A DNA stretch of 64,000 nt from Prorocentrum cordatum (lineage: Eukaryota): positions 186,001 to 250,000 of the forward strand of contig CAUYUJ010000092.1 of assembly GCA_963575745.1 (NCBI GenBank). The letters are read 5' to 3'. The notes under the pieces are model-generated. The model saw only the letters and a list, made by a program, of their open reading frames with translations. It made no database searches and was not told the DNA's origin. Position numbers and translations under genes: made by a program. How positions within the stretch are numbered: position 1 is the first letter of the stretch; every line of letters starts with the position of its first letter. Positions 53,036 through 64,000 of the stretch are shown piece by piece.

Positions 53036-53604
53036 TGTTGTTATCTCAACATGAGAAGGAAGTAACCTCGATGGCGAACTTTTCCCGTGATAATGAAGTT
53101 CGGCCTCCGCGCCCCCGCGCCCCCGACCAAACTCTTATTGGCCGACGATAAAAAACTCTAACTACTTAAGGGGGGATGGACATTATTATCGTGGGCATGC
53201 GGTTATGTTGCCTCCTCAAGGGGCGCTTACTGGCCAAATCTGCAGCAATCGGGTCGAGGGGGCCGAGGAGGACACATTATAGAACCCGGCACGTTTGGCA
53301 ACCAGCCCATCCACGAAGACGAAATGTCAATCAGGAATTTGATCGTAGAGTCGTGTTTCGTCATTCGCCTGCCGTTGCTCGGACGCGGCGGCTAATTACG
53401 AGCATGAGGACGACGACGAGGACGAGGACGGCAACGACGACGACGACGTCGTTTGGGCGCCGCAGCGGCGAGGGCGAGGGCGAGGACGAGGACGGCGACG
53501 AAGACGACGACGAATGGCGTCGACGACGACGTTGACAAGGACGACCAGGACGAGGACGGCGACGACGACTGTGAAGACGATGACGATTCGAGGAACAAGC
53601 AACG

Positions 53605-53768
53605 GCATAAACACAAATGTTTGAAGCTGCGCTGATTTCTTGGATCGGTGCCGGACCCCCCTTCCCTGGCGTGTGGAGCGCGCCAGGGGCGGCGCCAGAG
53701 GCGCCACTAGGGTGCTCCAGCGCCAATCTGAGAAATCCGCGCGGACCTCCGAAAATGTCATGCTTATG
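53605..53768. mobile_element. Palindromic MITE-like element, copy 3 (core inverted relative to copies 1-2)
   Basis: gatttcttggatc...gaaatccgcgcggacctccga arms, with core tggagcgcgccaggggcggcgcc. Confidence 0.65.
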
Positions 53769-55301
53769 AAGTTGTTTGTTCCCCGAGTCATTCCATTTTG
53801 GTCGCAAGCACGCTTATGGAGACCATTGCCGAGGACCAGGCCTCAAGACGTCATGAGGGCGTGTGCAGGAATGGTTTCAGCATGTTGGGTAAGCTTCTGT
53901 ACGACAGCGGCACGTTGGACATGCTTCGGCTATGCGTGCAGAGCGCGCATCTTCTAGTGACCAGCTGGCCTGGTATCTGGAAAGGCACGCAACGCAAAGT
54001 CTCTCCGCGCCTGGAAAGATAGCTGAAAGGCAAATGTAGAGGGTAATAAGGGGGGGCGAGATTTCTCTTGGTGATTGCTGTGCCCGTCCGATCACGCTCG
54101 GAAGTGGCAGGGGGTGCTAGATCACTTTCTTCTCGCGGCGGGAACCGCAGAATCTCCCGGGAGTTTGCGAAAAGATAGATCGAAGCCCTCCTTGAGACAG
54201 GTGCGCGCCACGGCGGTCGGGCGCGACGCCGCCAGGGGCCGCCTCGCTGGAGCCTACTCGGCAACCGTGCTGGAGCGGCTGGGCATCGCAGGGCCGCGCA
54301 GGCCGAAGACTCCTCCACCTCCTCCTCCTCCTCCTCCTCCTCCTCCTCCTCCTCCTCCTCCTCCTCCTCCCTCCTCCTCCTCCTCCTCCTCCTCCTCCTC
54401 CTCCTCCTCCTCCTCCTCCTCCTCCTCCCTCCCTCCCTGGGGCGCCCGCCCCCCCAGCCCCCGCCGCACGCGACGGGCGACGTCGGCGGTGGGGGGGGGC
54501 CCCTTCCACGGCGGGTCCGATGCGGGGGTTCCTCCATGACCACCGCCTGGGGGATCGATCTTCGGGGGCCTCGGCTGGCGGAGGGTGCGATCGCATTCGA
54601 GCTCTGGGAGGGCCAAGTATATCCACATCCACCGCCCGCCCGGGAGGTCCACGAAGATCGATCCCCCGCCAGAGGGTATGGAGAAGTCCCCGCCTCGCAG
54701 CCAAGCACCCTAGCGAGGGCGAGCGGGTGTGTCAGAGCCCCGAATCATCAGGAGTAACTCGGGTCAGGGCTAGCGGGCGATTTGGGGGGCAGGAAAATTT
54801 TGGGGCTGGCCTTATTCGTGGCCTCTGGGCTTCCTGGCCTTCGGGCTTCCATGCGTCCCGCGGCCTGGCTACCCCAGGAGGGGTGCGGCGGAGTGCGTTC
54901 GCCCTCTCAGCCTTTGGCCGCTTAGCGGTGGCGGATTTCGGCGTGGGGCTGCCACGCTGTCTGCTCTCCTTCCTCCTTCTTTCTGCTGTCTGGTGAGGTT
55001 GGCTGATTGGATTCCGTCGCGTGGCGGCCCCTGGGCACGCCACTGGCCGCGCGCGGCCATTGCCACAGCGAGCGCGGAGGCATTTGCGGGGGTTACGCGC
55101 ATGCCCCGCTGGGCTCGCTGTGCAGCTTGCGGGCCCTGCAGTATGGTGACGCCACCAGTCTGTGCCGATCTGGATGCATTGGGCCCTGGAGGAGTTCCAG
55201 TTCGGGCCAGCCTGGCGGTGCCGGTTCTTTTTCGCATGCCCACAGTTGGTGCGAGAGCGCCGCCCTACTCTGGCATGTTGGTACAGCCCAACAATATTTT
55301 C

Positions 55302-56216
55302 ATGATTCATAAACTCGTTTATGCTGCAGGAAAACTATGAGGAGCAGCCCCACGTGTGTTCGCCTCCACTCCTCAGTTCCTGCACGCTCAATGCCTGCGC
55401 AGCGGGCTGCGGTGTCGGCGGCCGGCGCTTTTCTGCGCGAAGCGGCGGAAGTATGCCCACCTTGCTCTGTTCGTGTGTATTCTGGTGCGGTCTCGCATGG
55501 CGGTTCGCCCGCGGTGCTGGGGTCTCGTCTGCTGGGCCGATCGTGTCTCGCAGTTCTTCTGTTGCTGCTCCCCCGCGCTGGCTCCTTGAAGCCAAATCGA
55601 GAACGCTCCCTGATAGGAGCAGCGGCGAAAAACTCGCTGACAGGGGCTGCACAAACAAGACAGGCTCCCTGATAGGAGCGGCGCCTCCGAAGCCCCCTGA
55701 AAGGAGCTGCGCCTGCGTGCTCCCTGATAGGAGCTAGCGGTGCCTAGCGCTCCCTGAAAGGAGCTGCGCCTGCGTGCTCCCCGACAGGAGCGGCGCCCTA
55801 AAGCTCGTTTTTTGCGTGTTCCCTGACAGGAGCAGCGGCCGAAAACTCCTTGACGGGAGCGGCGCCCCAAAGCTCCCTGATAGGAGCGGCGCTTCAAAGC
55901 TCCCTGACAGGAGCGGCCCCCCAGAACAGAAATTCGCCGAAGGGGGCGGCGCCCAATGCTCCCTGAAAGGAGCTGCGCCTGTGTGCTCCTCGACAGGAGC
56001 GCTGCCCCCCAGAGCTCCTTCCTGTGCTCCCTGACAGGAGCAGCACCCCCAAGCTCCCTGAAAGGAGCTGCGCCTGTGTGCTCCCAGACAGGAGCGGCGC
56101 CCCCGAAACTCTCTAGCAGGAGTCGCGCCTGTGTGCATCCTGGGGCGGCTCCGTGGCGCTGCGCCAGCGCGCTCCCCAGTGACAGCTTGGCGCCTGTCTG
56201 CCAGCTTTCTGTCCGC
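55302..56216 (+). repeat. Split direct repeat A1
   Basis: Begins atgattcataaactcgtttatgctgc, as at 59035 and 63605. Contains a GCTCCCTGA(C/T/A)AGGAGC array. Confidence 0.92.
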
Positions 56217-57275
56217 GTGGAAGATGGACGGCAGTTTGTGGCATCTGGGCCTTGCGAATGTTGTGCTCTGCCCAATTGCGGTTTTCGGGGTCGGATGTGT
56301 GGAGGCGGCAGAAGCTAGTCCTTGATGGGGGGGCATTGGCTAACCCCCCACCTGCACACAACGGGGGCGGGCGTGTTTGCCCGCCCCCGACCGACGCCGA
56401 GACCCTGCGTCCAATGGCGCACGTGGTCTGAAGTCCATGCTGACGCCTTTTCACGAGCGTACTCAGAATTCAATTCTGGTGCGGCTCGTGGAAATCTGGC
56501 CCAGGAGGCTAAACATTGATGCGGATTCCGGCGGGTTTTTTTTTACCGATTTCGGATTTCGCAAGTCGGCCGTCCAGGTCGGATGATTTCTCAAGGCTGG
56601 CTCTAATCAGCTATTCTGCTGAGCTGCAGTCCACCGCCGAGGGCTGCAAGTAGCGGGGAACGTGCGTAAGCCTTCCCGCGAACCGCCCAGGAGGACAGCA
56701 TCGCCTAAAACGGGCGCTCTACCATCCATTATTCAGTCCCCCTCCATCTCCTCTGGTTGGCTCGACGGCGAATGTGCGGGCGCAGCTGCGGGCGTGAACT
56801 GGAATAGATAAAGATTTCAGACAGGGTCGTAGCAGACGCCGCGTGCCCGCGGATTGATGTGGACACTGCCGCCGCATATGCAAACACTGAGCGGAGATGC
56901 TCAGTTCGGCGGTGGGGTGTCCCTGTTGTCTGTACGGCCGCGCCCCTATGACGCCCTCTGCTGGCCTGGATGGCGCATTCAGGTCGCAGAGGGGGATAGG
57001 GGGCGGAAGGGTTCTTCTGCTCTTTCCATAAACAGCAACTCGCCTCCAGCGCCCGTCACGTGTCGTGCGCCGCCGGCGCGCAGCCATTTCTGGCAAGTGC
57101 TTTCACATGAAGGTATTCAGTCGGAGGGACTGGCCATTGCTGGAGAGTTTGGTCATGATGCTATCTGTCGCCTTCTAGGCTCCAGTGAACCACTATTGCT
57201 GGGATTGAAATCCTTCGGCGCATTGCAGCGTGCTCTTCAATTGTACGTTGCAACATCAACCCTGCCGTGCCCACC

Positions 57276-58598
57276 ATGGCTTTCTCCCCCGGCGACGTCT
57301 CTGCCATGATTGCCACTGCGCCGAGCGGGGCCTTCAACAAGGCCAGCGCTGACCAGATCCGCGACTGGGTCGACTTCGCGCTGAATGTCGAGCCCAGCGC
57401 GGCGGAGAAACACGACCTGTTCTACTACGTGTCGGTGGCCCGCCTCTTGGCGGAAACGATCGGCAGCACCTCGCTCTCGGATTTCGAGGATCCACGCATG
57501 CGCGAGATGATTGAGGCAGCGATTGTTGCGAACGATTTGCCTTGCGCCGCAGAGCAGGATCCAGCATGGAAGGCCTGTCGTCTTCGCACTCAAGGTGCAG
57601 ACCAAGTGCGCCCAAGCTGCACCACCCGCCCGCTCGGCCCCAGAAGCCGGCGCTGGGTCGAGCGACGCGGCAGGAATGGCCGAAGCTGTGAAACAGCTCG
57701 CAGAACTACAGACCCAGGCGCTCCAGAACGGCAAGCCGGAGGGTCTCAGCTTCAAGCTTCAAGACAGGATCGATGAAGTGGGCTTGCAGAATTTCGATAA
57801 AGACACCCTCCCGTCCGAGGAAATCTTGGCGAAGTTCGAGGCCGGAGCCAAGATCGCCAACGACCAGGGCCAGGCTTGGATCGGCTCTGCAGAAGGAGAA
57901 GATCTCCGCGATCATCACCGCCCAGCACGGAGTCGCACCCCTCTCGTCGACGCGGTCGTGGGCGACGGCTCCTACGAGGATCGCGCGAGACAGAGTGCGG
58001 CCGCCAAGCGCGGAAGCGCTTGGATCGATAAGATCGATTACGTGAGCTTCGCGACCTTCATGGGGCATCTCCACGAGTGGGGTTTCAAGGTAATCCTCAC
58101 GAAGGCGTGCAGCATGGCGGACTTTTTCTCCCACGTGCACATTATGATCCGCATCGCTGAGGAGAACGCCGGGGTCAGGACGGCGTTTCAATGCGACGTC
58201 CTCCAGCGGAGGGCCATGGCCAAAGCGCTCGAGAGGGACGAGACCGATTTGAGCAGGTACCTTACAAGGATCGATGTTGATCTCCTGCGCACGGCCAAAG
58301 ACAAGGTGGATAAACGCTTCGCGGAGCTCGCTCGTGCATCTGGCGCGCCCAAGGGTCAGTCCAAGGGCCAGCCCAAGGGCGCCTCCAAGAGCTACGGCGA
58401 CGGGGGCAGCCACGCCTCCAGAGCGCATCCTCCGGCGGCAAGGGCGGCGAGAGCGCTAAGGGCGACAACCGGCGCGTGCGTTCGCCGCCCGCGCGGCACA
58501 AGGGCAGCGCCGGTGGCGGCCAGCAGCATCGGTCGCGCAGCCCACGCGCTGGATGGCAGCAGTCCGGCCAGTGGGACAAGCAGTCCTGGAGCAAGTGA
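57276..58598 (+). pseudogene. ORF1/gag-like protein with two compensating frameshifts (~57545 and ~58420)
   Basis: ccaccATGG start (MAFSPGDVSAMIA). The middle is in the frame of ORF 57511..58782. The KG/RSRSPR-rich tail GGKGGESAKG...WSK* returns to the first frame. Confidence 0.7.
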
Positions 58599-61500
58599 GC
58601 GGTCACGCCGCTCGCTGACACTGCCGACGGTCAGCAGTCGGAGAGCGAGTCAGGGGGCGATGAGCCCTTGGAGCGCTCTTCGGCTCGTCCCAGCGTTGAT
58701 TTTAAGCATTTTAAAGCTGGGCTGTCACATGTCAGTGCGCGTGTACATAGCTTTCTCGCTCGCGATGATTTGCGTCGCCTAGATCCGTGGGATCACTTGG
58801 AGTGGGCGTCGGCCTTGCCTGTTTGCGCAGAAGTTCCTCTTTTGCCGCACTTTTTGGAGAAAGGCTGCGACCGCGTGACAAGATTGACCCCTGCGGAATT
58901 GCATTCGGCTCGTAAATTAGCGCTTGCTTACTGGTCGGAGAGGAAGCGAGTGACGGAACCCTGCTGGCAGCCCGCGTTCGCGCAGCTGCCAGCGCACTGC
59001 CAAGGTGTCTTAGGGCCCCGGAAAAATTTGTTTCATGATTCGCAAACTCGTTTATGCTGCAGGAAAACCATGAGGAGAAGCCACACGTGCGTTCGCCTCC
59101 ACTCCTCAATTCCTTCGCGCTCAATGCCTGCGCAGCGGGCTGCGGCGTCGGCGGCCGGCGGTTTTCTGCGCGAAGCGGCGGAAGCACGCTCACCTTGCTC
59201 CGTTCGTGTGTACTCTGGTGCGGTCTCGCATGGCGTTTCGCCCGCGCTGCTCGGGTCTCGTCTGCTGGGCCGATCGTGTCTCGCAGTTCTTCTGTTGCTG
59301 CTTCCGCGCGCTGGCTCCTTGAAGCCAAATCGAGAACGCTCCCTGATAGGAGCAGCGGCGAAAAACCAGGGGCTGCACGAACAAGACAAGCTCCCTGATA
59401 GGAGCGGCGCCTCCGAAGCTCCCTGAAAGGAGCTGCGCCTGCGTGCTCCCTGATAGGAGCCAGCGGTGCCTAGCGCTCCCTGAAAGGAGCTGCGCCCGCG
59501 CGCTCCCCGACAGGAGCGGCGCCCTAAAGCTCCCTTTTTGCGTGTTCCCTGAAGCAGCGGCCGAAAACTCCTTGACGGGAGCGGCGCCTCAAAGCTCCCT
59601 AATGGGAGCGGCGCTTCAAAGCTCCCTGACAGGAGCGGCCCCCCAGAACAGAAGTTCGCCGAAGGGGGCGGCGCCTAATGCTCCCTGAAAAGGAGCTGCG
59701 CCTGTGCGCTCCTCGACAGGAGCGCTGCCCCCCAGAGCTCCTTCCTGCGCTCCCTGACAGGAGCAGCGCCCCCAAGCTCCCTGAAAGGAGCTGCGCCCGT
59801 GCGCTCCCGGACAGGAGCGGCGCCCCCCAAGCTCTCTAGCAGGAGTCGCGCCTGCGCGCCTCCTGGGGCGGCTCCGTGGCGCTGCGCCAGCGCGCTCCCC
59901 AGCAACAGCCTGGCGGCTGTCTGCCAGCTTTCTGCCCGCCCTCATGCCGCCCCATGGCCCGCGCCGGCGTCCTGCCCTGGCTGGGAGCCCAAGGGGCGGG
60001 TTCCCAGAAGGCCCCTGCCAGCCAGGCAGCGCCGCTCACACGCCCTATGCTGGCGCAAGGACGCCGGCCACTCTACAGTGGGCCTGGCTACCGCAATGGT
60101 TTTCTCCTTAGCGAGATGCTTGAGTCCATCAGCTGGCCAGACGCCACGCTGATTAGCAATTTAATGCACAGTTTTCCTCTTGTCGGCTTGCCCCCAGCGG
60201 GTGGGGCGCGCGCTCCGACAGGGAACGCAGCGCCGGAGGTAACCAAAGCTGCTCTATTGGCCACTGCGAGCGTTCAGAACAGAGACATTTTGCGGCGATC
60301 GTCTTTGCCACTCGGGATGGACAGATCTGCCTGTGAAGTTTTTGCTTCTGCGTGCGACCGGGAGGTCGCGGACGGCAAGGCTAGACGTCCACTGAACATA
60401 GAAATTTGTGTTTTAACGCCGAGATTCCCAATCGTGCAAGGTTGGAAGACCGTAGGCTGGGAAACGTTTCCCAAAGTTAGATGCATCGATGATTTTTCTG
60501 CGTCGCGTATCAATGAAGGCACGCAAGTATCCGAGAATATGCTTCCCGACACGCTAGACTCACTTGTAGCGCTGGTGTTTAAGATCAAGAAATCAAGAAC
60601 AATGCGCATTCGTTGGCGCAAAGATGATTTTGTGCAAGCCTTCAAAACATTACAAATATGCAGCTCTCACCTTCCATTTGCAGTTGTCGTGTGGCCGGAG
60701 GCGTTGGCTAAAGACCAGTGTCTCCAGCTCCTGGCAATGCCCTTTGGCTCTTCCGCCTCCGTGTCCGCCTGGGAGCGGTTCGGTTTGGCAATTCAGGGTG
60801 TGCTTGCGCAGATTTTCCTAGCGCTATACCCTCGCTTTGTCGACGATTTGTTTTCGGGCGACGCGATGGAAGAGCGAATAGATTTTGGCGGAGACCCTCT
60901 GACGGGCCCCGCTGGCACTGCCAAGCTGGCCAGGTACGTAATTTCAGATCTTCTCGGCTGGGATTTGGATGCCGCCAAGGCTGTCACAGAACAGTCATCC
61001 GCCACCATTCTCGGCGTCGGCGTTCGTTTTGATGACGCCCGGCAAGAGATAGTTTTTGACGTGGGTCCGGAGAAGCTCGAGTCGTGGAGCTCCCAAATCG
61101 TCAGGGCCCTCAAGGCGGCCGCGTTGCCGCCGGCAGAAGCGCAGAAGCTGGCCTTGCGTTTGAGTTGGGGTGCCAGCTCAGTTTTTGGCAAGGGGGCGCG
61201 TGCTCCGCTGGCAGCTTTGTTCTTTCATGGCGCAGGCCGCACCAGCCGTCTCACTGCGAGGGCGAGGCTCGCGCTCACATGGTGGCATAAGTTTTTGCAA
61301 TCGCCACCCTCGCGGCGCGTGCCGCTGCAACTCCGCGAGCGCCAGCGGTGCATTTTGCACAGCGACGCAACCGGCACTGGCATGATTGCGCGGGTGCTGC
61401 ACGCTCCTTTCGCCAAAGTCTGGGCCGCCACCAGTGTGCCCGACAGCGCCCGCCAATGGGCACACTGGCGAAAGAACCAGATCGGCACCTGGGAGCCGAT

Positions 61501-61828
61501 GGCAGCGATCTGCGCATTGAAATGGATTCTATATCTTGGCCAAGCAGATCTCGAGATCATCTGCTTCGTCGATAACAAAAGCGCATTGGGTGCGCTTGTG
61601 CGAGGTTGTTCACGGAAGTCCGATTGGAATTGTCTGATTGGCAATATGTGGCTTCTCGTCGCCGACAAGGCACATGTCTTGCATCTTTGGCATGTGCCTT
61701 CGCATTTGAATATCGCAGATGCCCCCGCGCGGCCGCCTGAGAAGGCAGAGCAAATTGCCGAGCTGCAGGCGCGAAATTTTCAACGCGTTGAGTGGCTGTT
61801 TCCGCCGGATGCACCCTGGGGCGGCTGA
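58599..61828 (+). pseudogene. pol: reverse transcriptase plus RNase H, interrupted by a 1070-bp solo repeat (59035-60104)
   Basis: RT motifs KVRCIDDF, KDDFVQAFKTL, AMPFGSSAS and RFVDD. RNase H motifs HSDATG, TWEPMAA, FVDNKSA and VPSHLNIADAPAR. Removing the insert joins KNLF to LLSEML in frame. Confidence 0.9.
59035..60104 (+). mobile_element. Solo A-B repeat unit of the same YR retroelement family
   Basis: A is 59035-59939, then a 42-bp spacer, then B at 59982-60104. TTTC occurs at both junctions (59031-59034 and 60101-60104). Confidence 0.9.
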
Positions 61829-61917
61829 AGCAAAAGTGAAACAATAACATGTGCACAGGTTTTGATTGGAGGAGGGATGCCATGCGTCAGTCTTGCCTTT
61901 TCAGTAGCATCGGCTGA

Positions 61918-63374
61918 ATGCTTAGTTTTGTAAACGTGAGCCGAAGCAAGCGTCTGCGTGCTGAAGGTGCCCCGCCCCGGCAGGCGAGCGATGTGAACTC
62001 GGTTTTCGCTCGCGTGCTGCAGGGCGTGGCTGGCATGAATATGGTTGACATTTCTGGTCTTTGCGAAGCTCTGGAAAACGGCGGCTTCCAGCATTTGTCC
62101 GATTTGGGCGGCTCGGAAGCAAATGAATTGGTAGATCTCGCCCCTGCGTTTTCTGGACAGAACGTTGCGCTCGTCAAAGCCTTCTTGGCGCAGTGTCAGC
62201 GCCGGGCCGACCGGGAGTTAGTGGCCGCGGCGTGCCGACAGGCAACGCGCACCGAGGCTACCTCGCCCTCTTCAGGGGCCGGGGCAGAGGCACAAACCCG
62301 AGTTGCGAGCCAAAGCGATCCACGTGAGGCAGCCAACGACGAGCAAGGTCGTGCTGGCTTGATCTTGCTTGGTGAATCGCGCCGTGCTCGCGTTGTTCCC
62401 GAACCTGCTGTGCTAGCAGCCGCAGCGGCGGCCGCCGCCTGCTGCAATTGCTATCCAGGGGCGGAACCAATTGGCAGGCCCCGTGAAGAAGTCAAACGTG
62501 CACGTCGCGATGTTCCTGGCGGAGATCATCTCCATCTCCACACTCTGTGGATCGAGTTCGCTGCCTGGCGAAAAAGTGCTCCACTATACGCTTCCGCCGT
62601 CCGCTTGTGGGGCGAAGCTGCCAGGGCCATTTCGGCGCGCAGCTGGCCACCGTCCGAATCTGTTCTCAATGCCTTTGTGGGGTTATTCCGTAATTGGAAC
62701 TGTCTCCCTCTCGGTGTTCTCGACGACACAGAAAGGCTGGCCAGAGGTGCCGAGAAAATTACCCGAGACGTATTCAGGAGAGCGAAGATCCGGGCGACGG
62801 CGGAAGAAACCAAACTCATCCGCAAGTGGTGCGCTGAAGCTGGATATCCGCTGTTGGCGGCGTCGTGGGTGATCGCTCGCCAATTCTGTTTGCGTTACTC
62901 TGAGTTGCTGCTCCTCGGGTCAAATGTTGCGACATTCCGCTTCAGCGGCGATGAACGCAAAACCTGTGCCATTCGTTTTGCGCAGCGCAAATGTTCCAAC
63001 GAACCGTGTGAGACAACCAGACGTTGCATTTGTCAGCTGCACGGGCGCTCCTTGTGTGGCGTCTGCGAATTATTCTCTGTAGGAGCAGCAGTGTCGGTCC
63101 CCTTCGCGAGCGCGCAGTATGCCGACGCTCCTGCTGTTCTCAAACTTGCAGCAGCCGCTTTGCAGCTGCGGAGTGCTGCGGCCTGGGGCACGCACGCTTT
63201 CAGGCGAGGCTTTGCAGACGAGGCCAACAAGGAGGGCCCGCAGCTTTGTTTTTCAGTGGTGGTTGGAAGGGCGTGGCGGCTTTCGGTTACGTCAGCGCCC
63301 AAAGTCGCGGTGCTTTGTCGGCGGCCGAATGGCTAGTTGACCACTCCGACTCAAGTGACGGCGAGCAAGCCTGA
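61918..63374 (+). pseudogene. Tyrosine recombinase with a frameshift near 63225
   Basis: Catalytic-type residues LRYSE (R) and THAFRRG (HxxR); then, in the frame of ORF 63024..63374, GGWKG (W) and AFGY (Y). Confidence 0.88.
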
Positions 63375-63481
63375 CTGTGGCATCGTGCGCGTGGGGTTGT
63401 AAAACAAATTGGAACAGGAAGCGGTCCTCGCGATGTACCCCTGTCAGGCGCTGCCGCGCAGTCCGTCGCCTTCTGGCGCAT

Positions 63482-63604
63482 TGGGAGCCCAAGGGGCGGG
63501 TTCCCAGAAGGCTCCTGCCAGCCAGGCAGCGCCGTTCACACGCCCTATGCTGGCGCAAGGACGCCGGCCACTCTACAGTGGGCCTGGCTACCGCAATGGT
63601 TTTC
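63482..63604 (+). repeat. Split direct repeat B1 (123 bp), abutting A2
   Basis: tgggagcccaaggggcggg...ccgcaatggttttc is nearly identical to 59982-60104. Confidence 0.93.
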
Positions 63605-64000
63605 ATGATTCATAAACTCGTTTATGCTGCGGGAAAACCATGAGGAGCAGCCCCACGTGTGTTCGCCTCCATTCCTCAGTTCCTGCGCGCTCAATGCCTG
63701 CGCAGCGGGCTGCGGTGTCGGCGGCCGGCTGTTTTCTGCGCGAAGCGGCGGAAGTGTGCTCACCTTGCTCTGTTCGTGTGTATTCTGGTGCGGTCTCGCA
63801 TGGCGGTTCGCCCGCGCTGCTCGGGTCTCGTCTGCTGGGCCGATCGCGTCTCGCAGTTCTTCTGTTGCTGCTCCCCCGCGCTGGCTCCTTGAAGCCAGAT
63901 CGAGAATGCTCCCTGATAGGAGCAGCGGCTAAAAAACTCGCTGACAGGGGCTGCACAAACAAGACAGGCCCCCTGATCGGAGCGGCGCCTCCGAAGCTCC
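63605..64000 (+). repeat. Split direct repeat A2 (truncated by the window)
   Basis: Matches 55302 onward. Confidence 0.93.

Larger units (their letters stand above)
37985..53172 (-). mobile_element. ~15-kb multi-gene DNA transposon-like element (pogo-like transposase-Ulp1 fusion plus 4 accessory genes); termini approximate
   Basis: The 32-bp repeat family, TCGA-rich coding style and SL-like leaders are confined to 38.1-53.04 kb. All five genes are on the minus strand. A GATAAT(A/G)AAGTT motif occurs near both ends. Confidence 0.7.
55302..64000 (+). mobile_element. Tyrosine-recombinase retrotransposon (DIRS order, Ngaro/PAT-type split direct repeats A1-ORFs-B1-A2...), running off the window end
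   Basis: A1 55302-56216, gag-like ORF, RT-RNase H, YR, B1 63482-63604, A2 63605 to the end. Confidence 0.92.

Noticed and set aside
55604..56125. Palindromic 27-bp array as CRISPR
   Set aside because: It is part of the retroelement's A repeat, with short related linkers and no cas genes.
59876..60104. Start of the 650-aa ORF as the pol N-terminus
   Set aside because: It lies inside the inserted solo repeat.

Overview
This is eukaryotic, GC-rich, repeat-dominated DNA. Spliced-leader-like motifs, a GC-AG intron and the satellite style point to a dinoflagellate (Prorocentrum-like; inference). Only one clear host exon is present, from a DMT/SLC35F5-like transporter at ~7.8-8.5 kb. Three larger elements stand out. 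(1) A ~15 kb multi-gene DNA element at ~38.0-53.2 kb carries five co-oriented minus-strand genes. Each gene has the layout [array of ~32-bp GTTTCGCTTGAGACATCCTCGA repeats] - [genome-encoded dinoflagellate spliced-leader-like motif plus TTTCGAG] - ORF. The largest gene reconstructs as a pogo-like DD35D transposase fused, across a 3-kb GC-AG intron, to a Ulp1-type cysteine protease. (2) A Ngaro/PAT-type tyrosine-recombinase retrotransposon runs from 55.3 kb to the window end. It has split direct repeats, and its pol gene is interrupted by a solo A-B repeat of the same family at a TTTC core. (3) A head-to-tail trimer of a satellite-filled element with Helitron2-like ends lies at 27.1-32.6 kb. The rest is decayed LINE and gag remnants, MITEs and microsatellites. 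All calls come from reading by eye; no database searches were run.
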